From NCBI GenBank assembly GCA_044892525.1, contig CM097885.1, forward strand, positions 24,554,001 to 24,618,000: a stretch of 64,000 nucleotides of DNA, in the 5' to 3' direction. Below, one piece after another: positions 22,420-37,200 of this stretch. Numbering within the stretch: position 1 is the first letter of the stretch; each line of letters begins with the position of its first letter. A program made the position numbers and the translations under genes. Below the pieces are notes generated by a model. The model saw only the letters and a list, made by a program, of their open reading frames with translations. It had not been told where the DNA came from and did no database searches. The stretch comes from Schmidtea polychroa. Its lineage: Eukaryota.

Positions 22420-25400
22420 ATGAATCGTGATCATTATACGATGGATCATTTTGAGGTGCTGTTGGGCAGTAATAACAATGCTCAAATGCTCGGCACTCAC
22501 CATCCACATTTTGATCACTATGGATCATGGAATTACTTGCATGGCAAAATGCATTCATTAATTGATGTTGTTCAGCCTTCTACTGGAATGAGTGCCAACG
22601 TCGATTTCCGACACAAAGATGAACTGATTCCTTGCCCAGCTGGACGCCCTCCGACTCATTTGGATCCGATCAAAATATTTAGAGGTGAAGATGCTGAAAC
22701 AGTTTGGAAATTAAGATCAGATATTCCATATCTAACTAAAGTTGAAATTAGCGAGTAAGATCTTTTCATTTCAATACGGCTTTCAACAATTTTATCCAGT
22801 TAAACAAAAAAATCTGGGGGAGGGGAATATATATATATATCTTACATTTAACAAGAAACCTGCAATTTTTCTACTAGTAAATAAAATATTCAATTTTGCT
22901 CATTTATATTCATTTGAAAGACTCGATAAATATTACGATTTCGCTGGTTTTCTTTTTTTTAGACAACCGACGGGGTCATTAGGATTGTTGATTCCAATAA
23001 AAATTTCATACATCAACTAAATAAACTGATAAAGTTTGCATTTCATTTCCTATAACGTTAGTAATAAGTGATTGAAGCTTTTTCTCTTGTTTCATCGATT
23101 TCTGGAACTCTTAAGAATCCTTTTCCATGACAGTATTTGAATACCTAACGGGTGCATAATCATTTATGTGGCCATGAGTTGGCATCAAGGGTCATGAGGA
23201 TCACTTATTTGAAAGAATCTCAAAATCCATGTTGTTTTCAAATTATCCTTAATAAAATATGCAATAAATTCGGTTTTTCATTATACAATTTCTTTAAACT
23301 TATTCTCAATTAGGAAATCCTCTGTAGATATAATATTGCTGCTACTTCCAGACAGAAATGTTTTAAAATATCTACAGAAATTACACGTTACTAAATTGCA
23401 CGTTACTGATTACATTATTAGTAGTTAGTTGTTGATCGGGCATTACTTAGATAGCTGTGAGATCGACGAAATCGACAATTTCGATGATGGAATGGATTCG
23501 GAAATTAAAAGCAATGATGAAATCGAACAGGAAGAAGTGGATTATCATGAGTTTCTAGAGAATTCAAGAAAACTTGTGAGATTTATCAAGAAATCAACGG
23601 TTCGCAACAGTGTCTTTCAAAACAAAGTTAAGCATGAATTTGGCCATGAGATAGGACTTCATCTCGATGTCAAGACCCGATGGAATTCTATTCCCACCAT
23701 GATTGGGGACTAATCAAGACGGAAACAGCCTTTCGCAAAACTTTAACTGAATTCAAGACGTCGGATAAAATAGTAGCACTGGAATTTTCTGCTTTAAAAA
23801 TACTTATCAAGGCCATGGAACCCGTTAAATTAGCTGTTGAGAATTTAAGTCACGAGGACGCAACTTTAGTGAGTGCTGAAAAAATATTACAATTCATGTT
23901 CAATAAACTTACGGATTTGAACAGCGACATTAGTAATAAGCTCATAGAAAATTTGAAAATTCATGTAAATCAATGAAGACGTTATGAAGTTATTACGAAG
24001 CCTCAAGTCTGCCGCAATCCATCAAAGGCCACTATTGATGAAAATGAAAATCTATCGCTACAGGATGAATTGAATATGTTACTCCAGTAAGAATTGTCGT
24101 CGGCGCAATTTTGAGGATCCGACTTCAAATGGCTCAAATCAGAATTCATGCATTTCAAGAACACCGGTAAAAGAACAGAAAATCTGCAAAAATTATATGA
24201 CGCACTTCTTTGCATAAAACCAACATCAACTGATGTTGAACGTGTATTTTGGATATGCACAAATTTTTGTACCAAGATAAGATCAAGTGTTCTTGAAGTT
24301 TTATTATAAGAAGTAAAAATGTTGTATTATCAAAAAATATTATCAATGTATATTATTAATATATTATCAATGTTAAAATAATTATTTTTTTATTTTTAAA
24401 ATTCAAGAAAAATAAAAACAGTAACAGCTGTTTTTTTGAAAAGTACTGTTTTTGAAAAAACCTAATTACAATTTACAAAGTCAAAAGTTAATTTTATGTA
24501 TGTTAGACGCAATTAAATTCAAATCTTCTTCAAGCATTTATTTTTTATAACAACTTCAAAATTGTGCCGTTTACTAGCGTATTTAAACACCGAGGCGTGA
24601 TAATTATTAATATTAATGTAATTACTGGTCATAAATTTAATTGATTTAATTTAATATAATTTAATACAGGGTTTTTCATCATATTTTGACATTTTGTCAA
24701 TCAATTTTGACATTTTGTTAATCAATTTTGACATTTTGTTAATTTTAGAAGAAAATTAAAAATTAAATTAAAAATTAAATTAAAAATTAAATTAAAAATT
24801 AAATTAAAAATTAAATTAAAAATTAAATTAAAAATTAAATTAAAAATTAAATTAAAAAATAAATTAATAAATAAATTAATAAAATTAAAAAAAAATGAGA
24901 AAGTAAATAAAAATACTACTTTTATTCATCAATAACCGGCTCATTTCTTATGAAAAAAGGTAAAAACCCTAACATATGCCTAAAATAATTTTTACAATCA
25001 TCAGATGAAATAAGGGAAGAACCATTCTCAATATTTTCGAATAACTGATCTTCACCTTCAGGTCTCGAACTACGTATAAATTGTTTCCATTTTGAAAATA
25101 GGTTCTCTATAGGGTTAAGAAATGGAGAATAAGGTGGCAAAAATAGGATTCTATGTCCTGATATTTCAATTTCTTCTTTTATTGCAATATTTTTATGAAA
25201 TGGAACATTGTCCATGATAAAAATTGCACCTGAAATATTCAAAGATGACATTTATTCAATTATTAAGCGTATAAACTCAAGAAAACTTTGTGTATTATAC
25301 GATTTAGTCTGAGGAAAATATTTAAAAATCCCTTCTTTGTTCATGGCACAGCAAACAGATATATTCCGTGCTCTTATAGAAGAAACATTTTGAACAGCAC

Positions 25401-28400
25401 GTTTATTTTTCAAAGATCTTCCTCTTCGTGATCTTATAGAAACATTGAATCCGACTTCATCCATAAAAAAAATTTTTAGAATCATCGATAGTTGACAATA
25501 ATTCCATAAAACGATTCGCATATTGGGCTCTAAGTTCAATAACTTCCACGGTATTCCTTTTTATCGGCATTATATTGATGCGCTTCATACTATAACCAAA
25601 TCCACCTATACATCTATTAATCGTGCTTTGACTTACTACCACACCTCTCTCAAGCTCAATCTTCGACTTTATTTGCTTTAAAGTAAGCGCGCAATTTTCA
25701 TCAATCCATCCTCTGATTGCTTCTTTATCTTGCTCTGACAAGCTTTTTCTCCGCTGACCTCCCCTTTGCTTTTTTTCAATAGATTCATGGTTTTTATACT
25801 TTTTTATTATGCTATAAATAGTGGTTCTTTTAAAACCCAAAATTGATGATAAATCCGAGGCACTATGCCCTTTTATATAGGCTTGTATAATGCGATTTCT
25901 GTCTTCGTTATTAATGTTTTGGTTTTTCATTAGAAAATGTCAAAATTGATTGACAAAATGTCAAAATTGATTGACAAAATGTCAAAATTGATTGACAAAA
26001 TGTCAAAATATGATGAAAAACCCTGTATAATATGATAGAATTCAATATAGAATTTAAATATAAAAATTTAACAGAAATAATTATTTCTACTAACTGATCT
26101 CACTTCTACAATTTAACCATAATAATTTTATATAGAGATTTACTAACTCCTTACAATGTATTCATTATTTTTTTATGGATACCTCTTTGTTTGTAGGTTT
26201 CAAAGTCAGAATCATCGCCTAATATCAAATCTGGAACTCATAATAATTCTAATTAAAGTAAAAAGGCATTCTATGCTTCATGAGGAAGTTGATTTGTTTG
26301 AGATACATCTTTCTGAATCGTAAAATTTGCAATCGAGATTTCTATTTTTTCTGAACTTTTCTGAGTATAATTTTGATAATAATAACGATAATAAAAAGTT
26401 AATAAATTATACTCCTAACAAACATAAAAGGTTCACCACACCAGCACAAGTTGCAATGTTTTTTTCTGAGATTAGTTTGTAAACAAAGTCTAAAATGAAA
26501 AATAGATTTGTTTCTTTTAGAATTTCATTTATCGTTATCTAGATTTCGACTACAGATCAATGTTTTTTCAATTTAAGTATAATAAAGAAAAAAAAACATT
26601 GATCCGCAGTGGAAATTTAAATGAAGATAAATAAAATCCATATCGTAACTATTAATAACTTCTAAAATTTATTGAGTATAAAATTGTAATTTCGCGATCT
26701 GAATCCCATCTGATGGTAATAATGATTTGATTTCAATACTAGTTCCGGATGAAAAATTGCTTCTGAATTATTGGTATAATTTTATTGCTGTGCTTCATCT
26801 CTTCTTTATCTTCTTGTTACTATTTATTTCGAAAGTAATTTTTGTTTCTTATTCTGATTATTTAAACTAGTGTTTTATAATACTTTTATTTTCTCTATAT
26901 TATAGTATATTATAATATAATATATCTATATAAATAAATATATAAATATGAATAAAGTGGAGGCACTACAACCCAAAGAGGAAAAACAGATCAAAGGTGA
27001 ACATAAAAAAGATTTTTTTCTGATTATTTTACTATAGTTTTTAGAAGTCCAATTAAATAATTTTATTTAGTTATCGCAACTCATTCTATCAGAATTTATG
27101 TCTTTGCATGATATCAAAAGGTTACCATCGGGCATTTTCAGAACTTTTTCATTTAATAGATAAACAAGAGAAAGAGCGTGAAGTAGCAGGTCCAGATTCC
27201 ATTTTATGGAGCATGTCTCCGATATCGATGCAAGAAGACAAATTAACATTGCTCAAAGATTGCCTCAGTGCTGCAGAGGATTATTATCGAATAGATGATT
27301 TCAAAGGAATGTATTACAGCTATTTTCGATTAGCCGTCTTCTTTAAAGTATTCATAAAAACAGACGAAAAAGCTATAAAACTTGGTCATTAATTTAGAGT
27401 TATCCCGAAGATAAATGGCTAGTTGATCATTTCTTGAAGTATTGCTGGACGGTATCAAAGAAAATCCTCGACGATGAGAATCTCAAACACGCGGAAGCGA
27501 ACTATTATCTCGGACTGGCGATCGAACAGAACAGTAATATAATATAATTTTAACTTATGATAAACGAATTATCAAAATAACATTTCGATAATATATTATT
27601 TTTATTTTCAAAGAAATTTGTCTAAACTAAATAAAGATTTTTTTAATCTTAATTTTTTATTATTTTACCATTTTGTGACACTAAGCCTAAAATGTATATA
27701 AAAATCATACAATAAAATGAGTTTTTAAATTAATTATTCATTAAAACAAATTATTTTGGTAACAGCAATGCGAATTAATAATTAAAGGTGCATTGAAAAG
27801 TGTATATAAAAGATATCTTAATAATTTTTTTAACTTTTCAGTTGTAAGGAAAACATCCTTTTCAGCATTATTATAACGCATATCCAACATCTATATATAG
27901 AGTGGCGGATTATACGGTAAGCGGACTAAGCGGCCACGGGGGATCCTACATTAAAAAAATTGCCTATTGTATTAAAGTATTTTGTTAAAAAATTTTTTAT
28001 AACTCTTGTATTCAATTTATTCAAGCAAGAGCTGAAATAAGAGAGAGAGAGAGAATCAAGAGATCGACTCCGCGAGTTCTTACAATATAATTGTTGATTC
28101 AGCTCCTGATATTTCAAATGTGGATTAACTAACCTTTGTAATAAGATATGTTTCTTCATCTGGTGGCATAAAGGAAAGATTTTTGGAATTAATTCCCATA
28201 GATAAACACAAGAAGTATTGCAAATATTAATAAAATATGATTTGTATATATAGTGGCGGATAATTCAAGTTAGGGCTCTAAGCGGTAAAATTAACATTGC
28301 CCTTAAAATCATAAAATTTCACTCAACTGCATTTTCTTTAATTAAAAAAAATCTATAAATCAATCATATACGCGTTTGCATGGAATTTAAACTTTATAAT

Positions 28401-31400
28401 ATAAAAAAATTCAATAAAGTTATATTATTGAAACACACAAACTTAGATGTATATAAAAATTTAATGTTTCATGGAATACCAAATATGTTCATTTATTTTT
28501 ATAATTTACAAATTTGGAGAGAACTGTAATGTTTAAAAATACCTAAAAACATTATTTAATAAATATTCGCCAAATAAAAATATGTGGCTAATAATATAGG
28601 GCATTAAATTTAAGTTAAAAAATATTAAGTTACTTTGAATTGTAAAAAATCCAACAAAAAATTAAATTCATAAATTAAATGAAAATAATTGATGACAAAT
28701 CATGAGTCATTCATAGATTTGCACACCAACCTGAATTAGGATTCTAACTTTGCCAGAGAAATAAATTTTCTCCCACCACAAAATTCTTATAATAGAAAAC
28801 ACTACAAATCAAGTGATACAAAAATAAATGCACTCGATAGCACCCAAATAAGATTTTTTATGAAAATTATTTTTAAAAGAAATTTGTAATGATAAAATCT
28901 TTTTATTATTTACTGCTAATAATTTACTCAATTCAATTTTTTCATACTATTTGTAACCTAAAAAGAAAAGTATGTTTAATTCAACTCATAGAGGAAAAAT
29001 CTCTAAAAAGCCAGAGCGATTGTTGATGTTGTATGATATGAGATATGAATTTGCTTAACAAAATTCAAGTCTAGATCGGAATTAGAGGGTTATGCATTTT
29101 TATATACCCATATATGAGTGTTTAAATTTAATAAATTAAAAATTTACAACAAAAACAAGTCCACTCATCTCATTAAATTCAAAACTTAAAAATTCATTTG
29201 ATAAAAGACCGAACATTTTAGCTCTCGGCTCATAAAATATATGCCAAAGTACGAATAAAAAAGGACTCCTTTTGGTCTAAATAATTGGAAAAATATTTTT
29301 TTAAAAATAAATATTCAACTATATTTAAATAAATAAAATTTAGGTTGAACTTCGGGACGCAAAAATTAATTTCTAAATTGTTGCTTCCAGTGTAATTTGA
29401 AATGGAGATAAAGTGTTAAAAGAAGTATAGACCATTACCTGGCGACAAGTACCCTTGGTAACAGTAACCCTAGGGGGTCAAATTATCTTGTTAGATAAGC
29501 ACTAGTATATATAATAAAACGAAACAATGTAACACTATTTATTGAACATGTAGAGGCATTATTTTTTGAGTTCCGTATACTATAGTTACTTCAAAATTAA
29601 TTTTATTTTCTGGTGTTTCTTTACAAAAACCCGTTTTCATCGGACATGGCTGATCATACGAAGCTTTAACTCGATGTCGTTATCACAAAAATATAATTAT
29701 TTCTCCGTTATTTTAAACTGTTTATTCAATTTTTTTTAATATTCCAACATTTTTTATCCACGAATTTCCCACCAATAAACAAAAACTTCGTAATTTTGAT
29801 GGGTTATTGCTAGTTCATTATATAATTATAGGATCAGGGCCGTAACAAGGGTGGTGAGAGCGGTGCAGTCGCACAGGTTACACCTCTGAAAGGGGCACAA
29901 TTTTTTAATGTTACCAAAAAATTAAAAAATATATAAAAAAAATTATCAAATGCACGAAAAAGCGACATCCTAGCTAGTCTATCTTTAACATGACTGGTTG
30001 GACTGGTCCATTAGCGTGGCTTCGTAGGTGTGTATTTTGTAAAATGTTAATCCACAAAATGGTTTCCTGTCATTCTTTCAATTAGCCACAGTGGTTTAAA
30101 TAAAATAGTATGTTTAAATAAATTATTGTGTTTTATAAAAAATAGTAAATTTTAACAAGTTGCTTTATTTTAAGCCATAAATGTCTAAAATTAGACAGAA
30201 ACCCATTATAGATCCTAATGAGATTTATTCCGATAAAGAAATCTTCAATATGAATTTAGTGATATTTTTTTTCCTTAAATTTTTGAATCTAAAGAATTAA
30301 CATTAAAAAATATGGCAATGCTGAAAATTATCAAAAACGAACAAATATGCCAAAAGTGTCCAACGTTTCCATAATTAGGATTACAAAAAAAACAAAGGTA
30401 TAATTGACAGTTACAGATTGAGTTGTGTAAGATCTTGCCGATACACTTGTTCCGTCAGAAAAGGGAGCTGATTGTCGGAGAGTGAACTCCCGATGGTAAT
30501 TATTTTAAAAATATTCTACAAATATATTTTGGGAATAGAGATTAACGACATCGCTCATGATTTAGGCGTTAACAGAGCAACTGTAAGTATGTGGGGTAAG
30601 TTTTTAAAGTAAGCAATCGCATTCGCAGTTGAAGTAAACAATCAAAGAATTGGTGGCTATGACCAACATAACATTTCAAAAATAGTTGAAATTGACGAGA
30701 ACCTCTTTTTAAGCGCAAGTATAACCGAGGCCGAATATTAGAAAATCAATGGTTTGTCGGCGGCATTGAACGAGGATCTAGGAATTGTTTTATAGTGTCG
30801 GTTGAAAACAGAAACGCTCAAACTATGATAGCCATTATATCCAATAATGTTCTCCCTGGAACTACTATTATTACTGATAAATGGCGAGCATACAGTCGAG
30901 CTATTAATGAAATGAAAATTATGCAGCACCTTTTGGTGAATCATTCAATGAATTTTGTTGATCAAAAATGATGCATCAATACATTCGCAAAATATCGAAG
31001 ACTTATGGTCAAGGTCAAAATATTTTATACGAAAAAAACGAGGAATTACAAAGGAACAGCAATCCGAGCTACTTATTCAGTTTATTTGGGAGTATTCGAT
31101 TGAAAAAAGAAAAAGATTTTCTGCTTTGCTTATTTTAATTCAATCCAAATAAATTTCTAGTTTTTAAATTATTTGAGTTTTTTTTAATAATTTATTTAAA
31201 ACATACTATTCTATTTAAACATACTATTTTATTTAAACCACACTATTTCTAGCATCTACCGAATTTTAAGAGCATTACTACCTATTATAATAGCTGAAGA
31301 TTAATACATAGTTAACAATGTTAACATGAACATTAAAATTATTATAGTAGGCTGTTTTGAATTCGCGCGTTGTGGGCGCTAGATATATGGACCGCACAAG

Positions 31401-34126
31401 GCGCAATAATGCCTAGTTACGGCCCTGTATAGGATACGACAGTGTTTTCTTTTAAATTTATTTGACCAATCGTTTTATTAGTCAACCACTTTTTGTGTTA
31501 AGAAAATGGAACGGACATTATTTCACTCACTTAATATACTATCGAATGCAAATGAAAATTAAATAAAATGAACAAAATATATTTATGGATAAAATAATAA
31601 ATAAATAATAATAAATAATTGTATCAATATTATAATTAATAAATCTATGAAATTATTGATCTGAAAATTTCATTATCATTTATTTATTAAACAATAAGAT
31701 CACTATTTGAATAAATATATTTTATTAAAAAGCTTCATTCAGCCAGTGTTCGAATGATGGCGCAAAAGTCAAGAGTACTAATTATTGGGAATTGTTCTCC
31801 ATAATCACTTAAGATACTCACTTAGAGATTAAAGAGTCGAGTCGGTTAAACATGTTAATTGTGCGTCGCATATTGCAGCACGTGGCCAATAGAAATGTGA
31901 CTGTGTGTATGTATTTGTGTATGTGTACGTTGATGTGGAATCGGGAGATTAAGATGAATTCTGGATCATTCATAAGAAAATTTGAATACGAATAAGGCAT
32001 ACAATTCTTTAAATTTCTATAAAAATATTAAAGTTAGAAAAAATGAATTTTCTACATCATTTTCAAATTCAATATGCTAAAGTAAGAAAATTATGCTTAG
32101 TGCGGAACGCATGTATACTTATTTATTAGTGGAATATAGAGAAAACCACGAAACGAATACGAAATACATCACACTTTTTCACATTCATATAAAGATAAAT
32201 GAGCATATAAAATTAGTTAATTGCGCATTGAAGTATTTTCTAAAACCACCAAAAATGTCACATGAGTTTGACTTACTAATTGTCAGCTTAGAGTAGATTC
32301 AATTTGGAAATAGTGTTAACAACATATCTTAAATTCAATAATTTTGTTTTAATGTAATATATTATTGTCATTCGGTGATATTCAAAGTTTTTATGACACA
32401 GCTGATTTTTGCATTGTAATTCATTTTCTTTTTTTTGATAAAATAAAAGAAAAATTATTTAACCGATTCAAGAAAATTATATTGAAGGCGTATCATTTTT
32501 ATTCTACTGATCAGGTGTCGTTGTGAAAGTCACAAGTAGGAAATCTGTGAAAAATTGGTAGCAAACAATTGGAAAGTTGAAGAAAGCTGTGGTATAAAGA
32601 CATCTTTCAAACGAGTTATATTTATGACCATATAGTTATATACAGCTTCTTTTAAAATAACTGAGAATTATCTAGTTCTATAATAAGTTAGTTCCACGTT
32701 TTTGAGTTGCTACGTGAAAACAAACTTTGTTTAATGGGTGATGTTTGCAACATTTTTCTTGAAAATAAACATTTAAGTCATTATTTCTCATTTTAATTGA
32801 AAATCTCAGGAGGTAGTTCAACGACCAAGGAAGCCGCCAAATTTGCATTGTTTCATGTCTTCTGATATTCTACTCGGATTACCGCATTTATTTGATCAAT
32901 AAAGTCAGGATCCTACGAAAAAAGTTTCACATTCTGGATCCTAATTTACTCCATACCAACAATTTTTCCAACAGACTCTATTCAATACAAAAAGTAGCGT
33001 AAAAATAAGGGCTACTCCATTCCAGATGTTACGATTACCTAATTTTTAAAATTGAACATCATATAAGAGCTTTATCGGGTTACATAATCGAATCCAAAAA
33101 AGTTTTAAAGCAAAATGTGGAGAAATTTCTCCCAGAAAGTAACGTGATTTATTAGAAACACAATAAAATTACTGATTGTTGCTGAAGAAAGTGTAAAAAT
33201 GTCAATGAAAATTATTTAGAGACATAGAACATTGGTTCTCACTGGGTTTTTAATTTTTATGAGTCTAAACCAGCGCTTCTCAACCTTTCTGTTATTGCGA
33301 CCCAGTTTACCAACGTAAATATTCTCGTGCCCCCCTTTTTTGATCTATCGAAAATTATGGTGTCATAATGAGAAGTTAAATGTCTTGAATCTTCAACTTC
33401 AAGGAACAAATACATATATTTTGGAAACAAATGATAAAGTCAATGCTTTTTGTAGGAAATTGGATTTGTGGCTTAGAAATTTAAAAGAAAATAAATTGGT
33501 TCTATGTTTCCGAATATAAATGAATTTGTAAAGACATACAAAACCGAAGAAGTACGTATAAACGTGATTTTATTAGCTATAAACAAACATCTAAGCATGC
33601 TAGCAAAAGATTTTAAAAAATACTTTTTTGCTGAAGAAAAATTTCTAGCAAGTTACGAGTGGGTTAGGGACCCATATCACAATCTTCCACAAGGTCTCTC
33701 GACTTCTGAAGAGGAAACTTTTATTGATTTTACAAGAAACAGTGAAATCAAAAGACAATTTAATAAGAAATCGATTTTTGAATTTTGGGCTGGTTTGGGT
33801 GACGAGTTTGCGACATTAAAACGAAGAGCTTTTCAAATACTTTTACCGTTTTCAACATCTTATCTTTGCGAAACCGGATTTTCTGCGGTGGGTTCGTTGA
33901 AAACAAAATACAGATCACAGCTAAATATAGAAAAAGAACTTAGGGTATCCATATCTGGTATTACTCCTTCATTCCAAAAACTTTGCAATGAGAAACAGGC
34001 TCAAGGAAGTCATTAATTAATAACATAACATATTTAACTAGTATTTGTTTCATAGTAATAAACTTAAATAATAATTATAATAAATTATTTATTGGTAATA
34101 TGTAATTATAAACTGTATTCTTATTT

Positions 34127-34219
<93 letters not shown>

Positions 34220-37200
34220 TTTGTTTTTAAATATACTCGCTGCTCTAAACACTTTTAGCCTCACCACGTAAGATACACAACACATATAGACAATACAATG
34301 AAAAATATACATCCATCAACAATACAGTGGAAATAAATACAATATGAATAATTTAATAATTAATACAATTTATTGAGGATTTTTAAAGTTTTTTAAAAGA
34401 ACATATATTTTACAAATTTTTTAGTACAAATATTTTAAAAATATAATAACAGTTGGAAAATTTCCCTTATCCCCGACATCAGGCCCGACGCTAGAGTATT
34501 TGGCGCCCTAGGCAAACTAAAAAAATGGCGCCTCTAGTCTAGAAACAAACCCAATAATTAAAGAAGTAAATGAAAATAAAATAACTATACTTCATTTATT
34601 TATTACACAAAAATATATATGAAAACAAAAACCATTTAAAATTTAATTTTTCGTGCTTTTAGTTTAGTGAAATCTTCAAGCAGCAACTTCGTATCTATAT
34701 CACGCGCCATTTCGTGTTCAATCGACAATATTGCTAATCCCACAAGCCGTTCTTGTGACATTGTAGATCTTATATATGTTTTGATCTGTTTAAGCTTCGA
34801 AAAGCTTCGTTCACCGCTTGCCACAGAAACTGGTAGGGTTAATAAAATTCGCAAAGCAACAAATATATTTGGAACGCTGTCCACTATATTATTTTTACAA
34901 ATATAATTAAGTACATCTTCCGGCAATAAGTTTTTTGGAATATGTCTAGCTATAAATATCAATTCGTTCAATAAATCTGTACCATCAATATCTTTAGAAT
35001 CATCGTGCCGTAAAAAATTTTCCAGTTTAAGACAATCCTCTAATATTTTCTTTGACGAAATATATTGCAAATTATGTATGTTGTATAGAAATCCAAATGT
35101 TGAATTTATCGTTGACATTTGGGTGAATCTTTGCTCAACAGATTTTAAAGCTCTATCCAAAACTGCGAAGTAAAAGCTGATCTTAAATTTTTCTTTTGGG
35201 TTCTGAATGGGCTCATCGTTGGCTTCATATTCGAACTGTTTTTTTTGTTTTCTGATACGCTGAGTTTGTTTAAAGATTGGGGAAATTTCTGATTCTTCAG
35301 CAAGTTCTCGCGCATCTACCAATATTCTTTCAAAACCTTCATCATTTCGGGAGTTGAATAGAAATTTTTTGGTATTTTCTAGTAGCTTCATAGCATCTTG
35401 AATATTAATTTTCTCAGATTGAAGTTGTTTTCTTGTAATATTTATGTTGAAAAGAATATCATACCAGATAATAACAGAAACTACAAACTCGAAATTCGAA
35501 ATAGCTTTAGCAAGGCCCTGTGCTTCTATACGTGAAGTATTACCAGAAACTCCTGTTTGAGAAGTATCTTGAAAAATATCAATAAGTGCAGCAATAACTT
35601 TACTTAGCTGATAGCGTAGAGGTTTAAGGGCATCGATTCGGCTCTCCCATCTTGTATCGCTCAATGGCTTCACTGTCAAGTTTGAAGCATGACGTTTTAA
35701 AACTTCCCATCGACGTGTTGAAGCGGCAAAATAGACATATATTCGTTGCACTAACATAAAAAATGATGTAGCATCTAAACAACAGCTTACAGCGTCATTA
35801 ACAACCAGATTCAAAGAATGCGCAGAACAAGGAACAAATAGTGCTCGTGGATTTAGATTCAGAATTCGCCGTTGCACGCCATTTTCTTTGCCTTTCATAT
35901 TGCTACCATTATCGTATCCTTGGCCACGCAAGTTCTCAATAGGTAATGACATATCTGCTAACATCTGAACGATTTCATCGGTCATACCAGCACCAGTTGT
36001 ATCTGTTAGTTTCACAAATCCCAAAAAATGTTCTCTTATGCATATGGGATCTAAATCACAATTTTCTGTATTTGTATGGACAAAACGAATAATCAACGTC
36101 ATTTGTTCAGTATGGCTAACGTCTGGTGTGCAATCCAGGATTATTGAAAAATATTTAGCCATGGAAATCGATTTTAAAATTTTTGTTTTAATACTCTTAG
36201 ATAAAAGTTGTATTAACTCATTCTGAATATCTTTTCCCAAATAATGAACTTGTGTTTCATTGTTCTTTATTCTGCGAAGATGCTCACCCATAATTGGATC
36301 AAAAGAGGCCAAATATTCTACAAAGCTAAGGAAGTTTCCATTTCCAGGAGAATACAATTTTTCATTGCTTCCGCGAAATGCAATATTTTGCGTAGCAAGC
36401 AATTTAACTAGACCTATAAGACGCTCTAAGACTTGTTGCCAGTGTCTCTCTTCTTGTTTTATGAGACGCAAATTATCCTGGTCAATAGTTTTATTCTTTT
36501 TTAAACGCAATTCTAGCTCCTTCCAAGTTTGAAAATTAATTAAATGATCCTTATTTTTCTCATGTCTTTCTAAAATTACAGACATATTTTTCCAATCGCT
36601 TGATCCTTTATCGGAGAGATGTATTACACGCTGGTTATTATTAAAAATTTTGCAACAAAAGCAGAATGCCGAATTAGTTGTTTTGGAATACTGTAGCCAA
36701 TGACGCCGCATTTCTTCTCCATTTGCAAGTCTCCTTCTATAAAAATTCATTGAAAATTTTCTATGGCTCTCATTTTGAGGAAAATCAAATTCTTCAATTT
36801 GTTCTGGTCCGTGTTCAACCAAAATTTGCCTCAAACGGCCAGAACGTAAGTCATGTGAATTTAACCAAGTTGCCGGATCACTATAATCAAGACTCGAATT
36901 TACGCTTTCTAATATTTCCAAAGTTTCATTAATTAAAATTTCTTCAGTGTCTTCTATAGTTTCTAATACAATTTCTTCTATAGGTTCTTCAACAGTTTCT
37001 TCAATTGTTTCAACTTCAGTTTCTTCTATAGTTTCTTCCACATTCGTATGTGGAAACTCAGTCAAAATAGGCACCTCTGCATTTCTAGTTGTAGAGTTCC
37101 TATCCATTTGCTCTTCCAAATTGCAGTCTACTTGTTTTCTCGGAGTCATTTCATTTCGATTTTTATCTTGTGATTGTTGACGACAAATATATTTCAGAAA

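Noticed and set aside
34121..34312. (IY)n ORF, and the (YI)n tail of ORF 47353-48189
   Set aside because: Read-through of (TA)n tracts.
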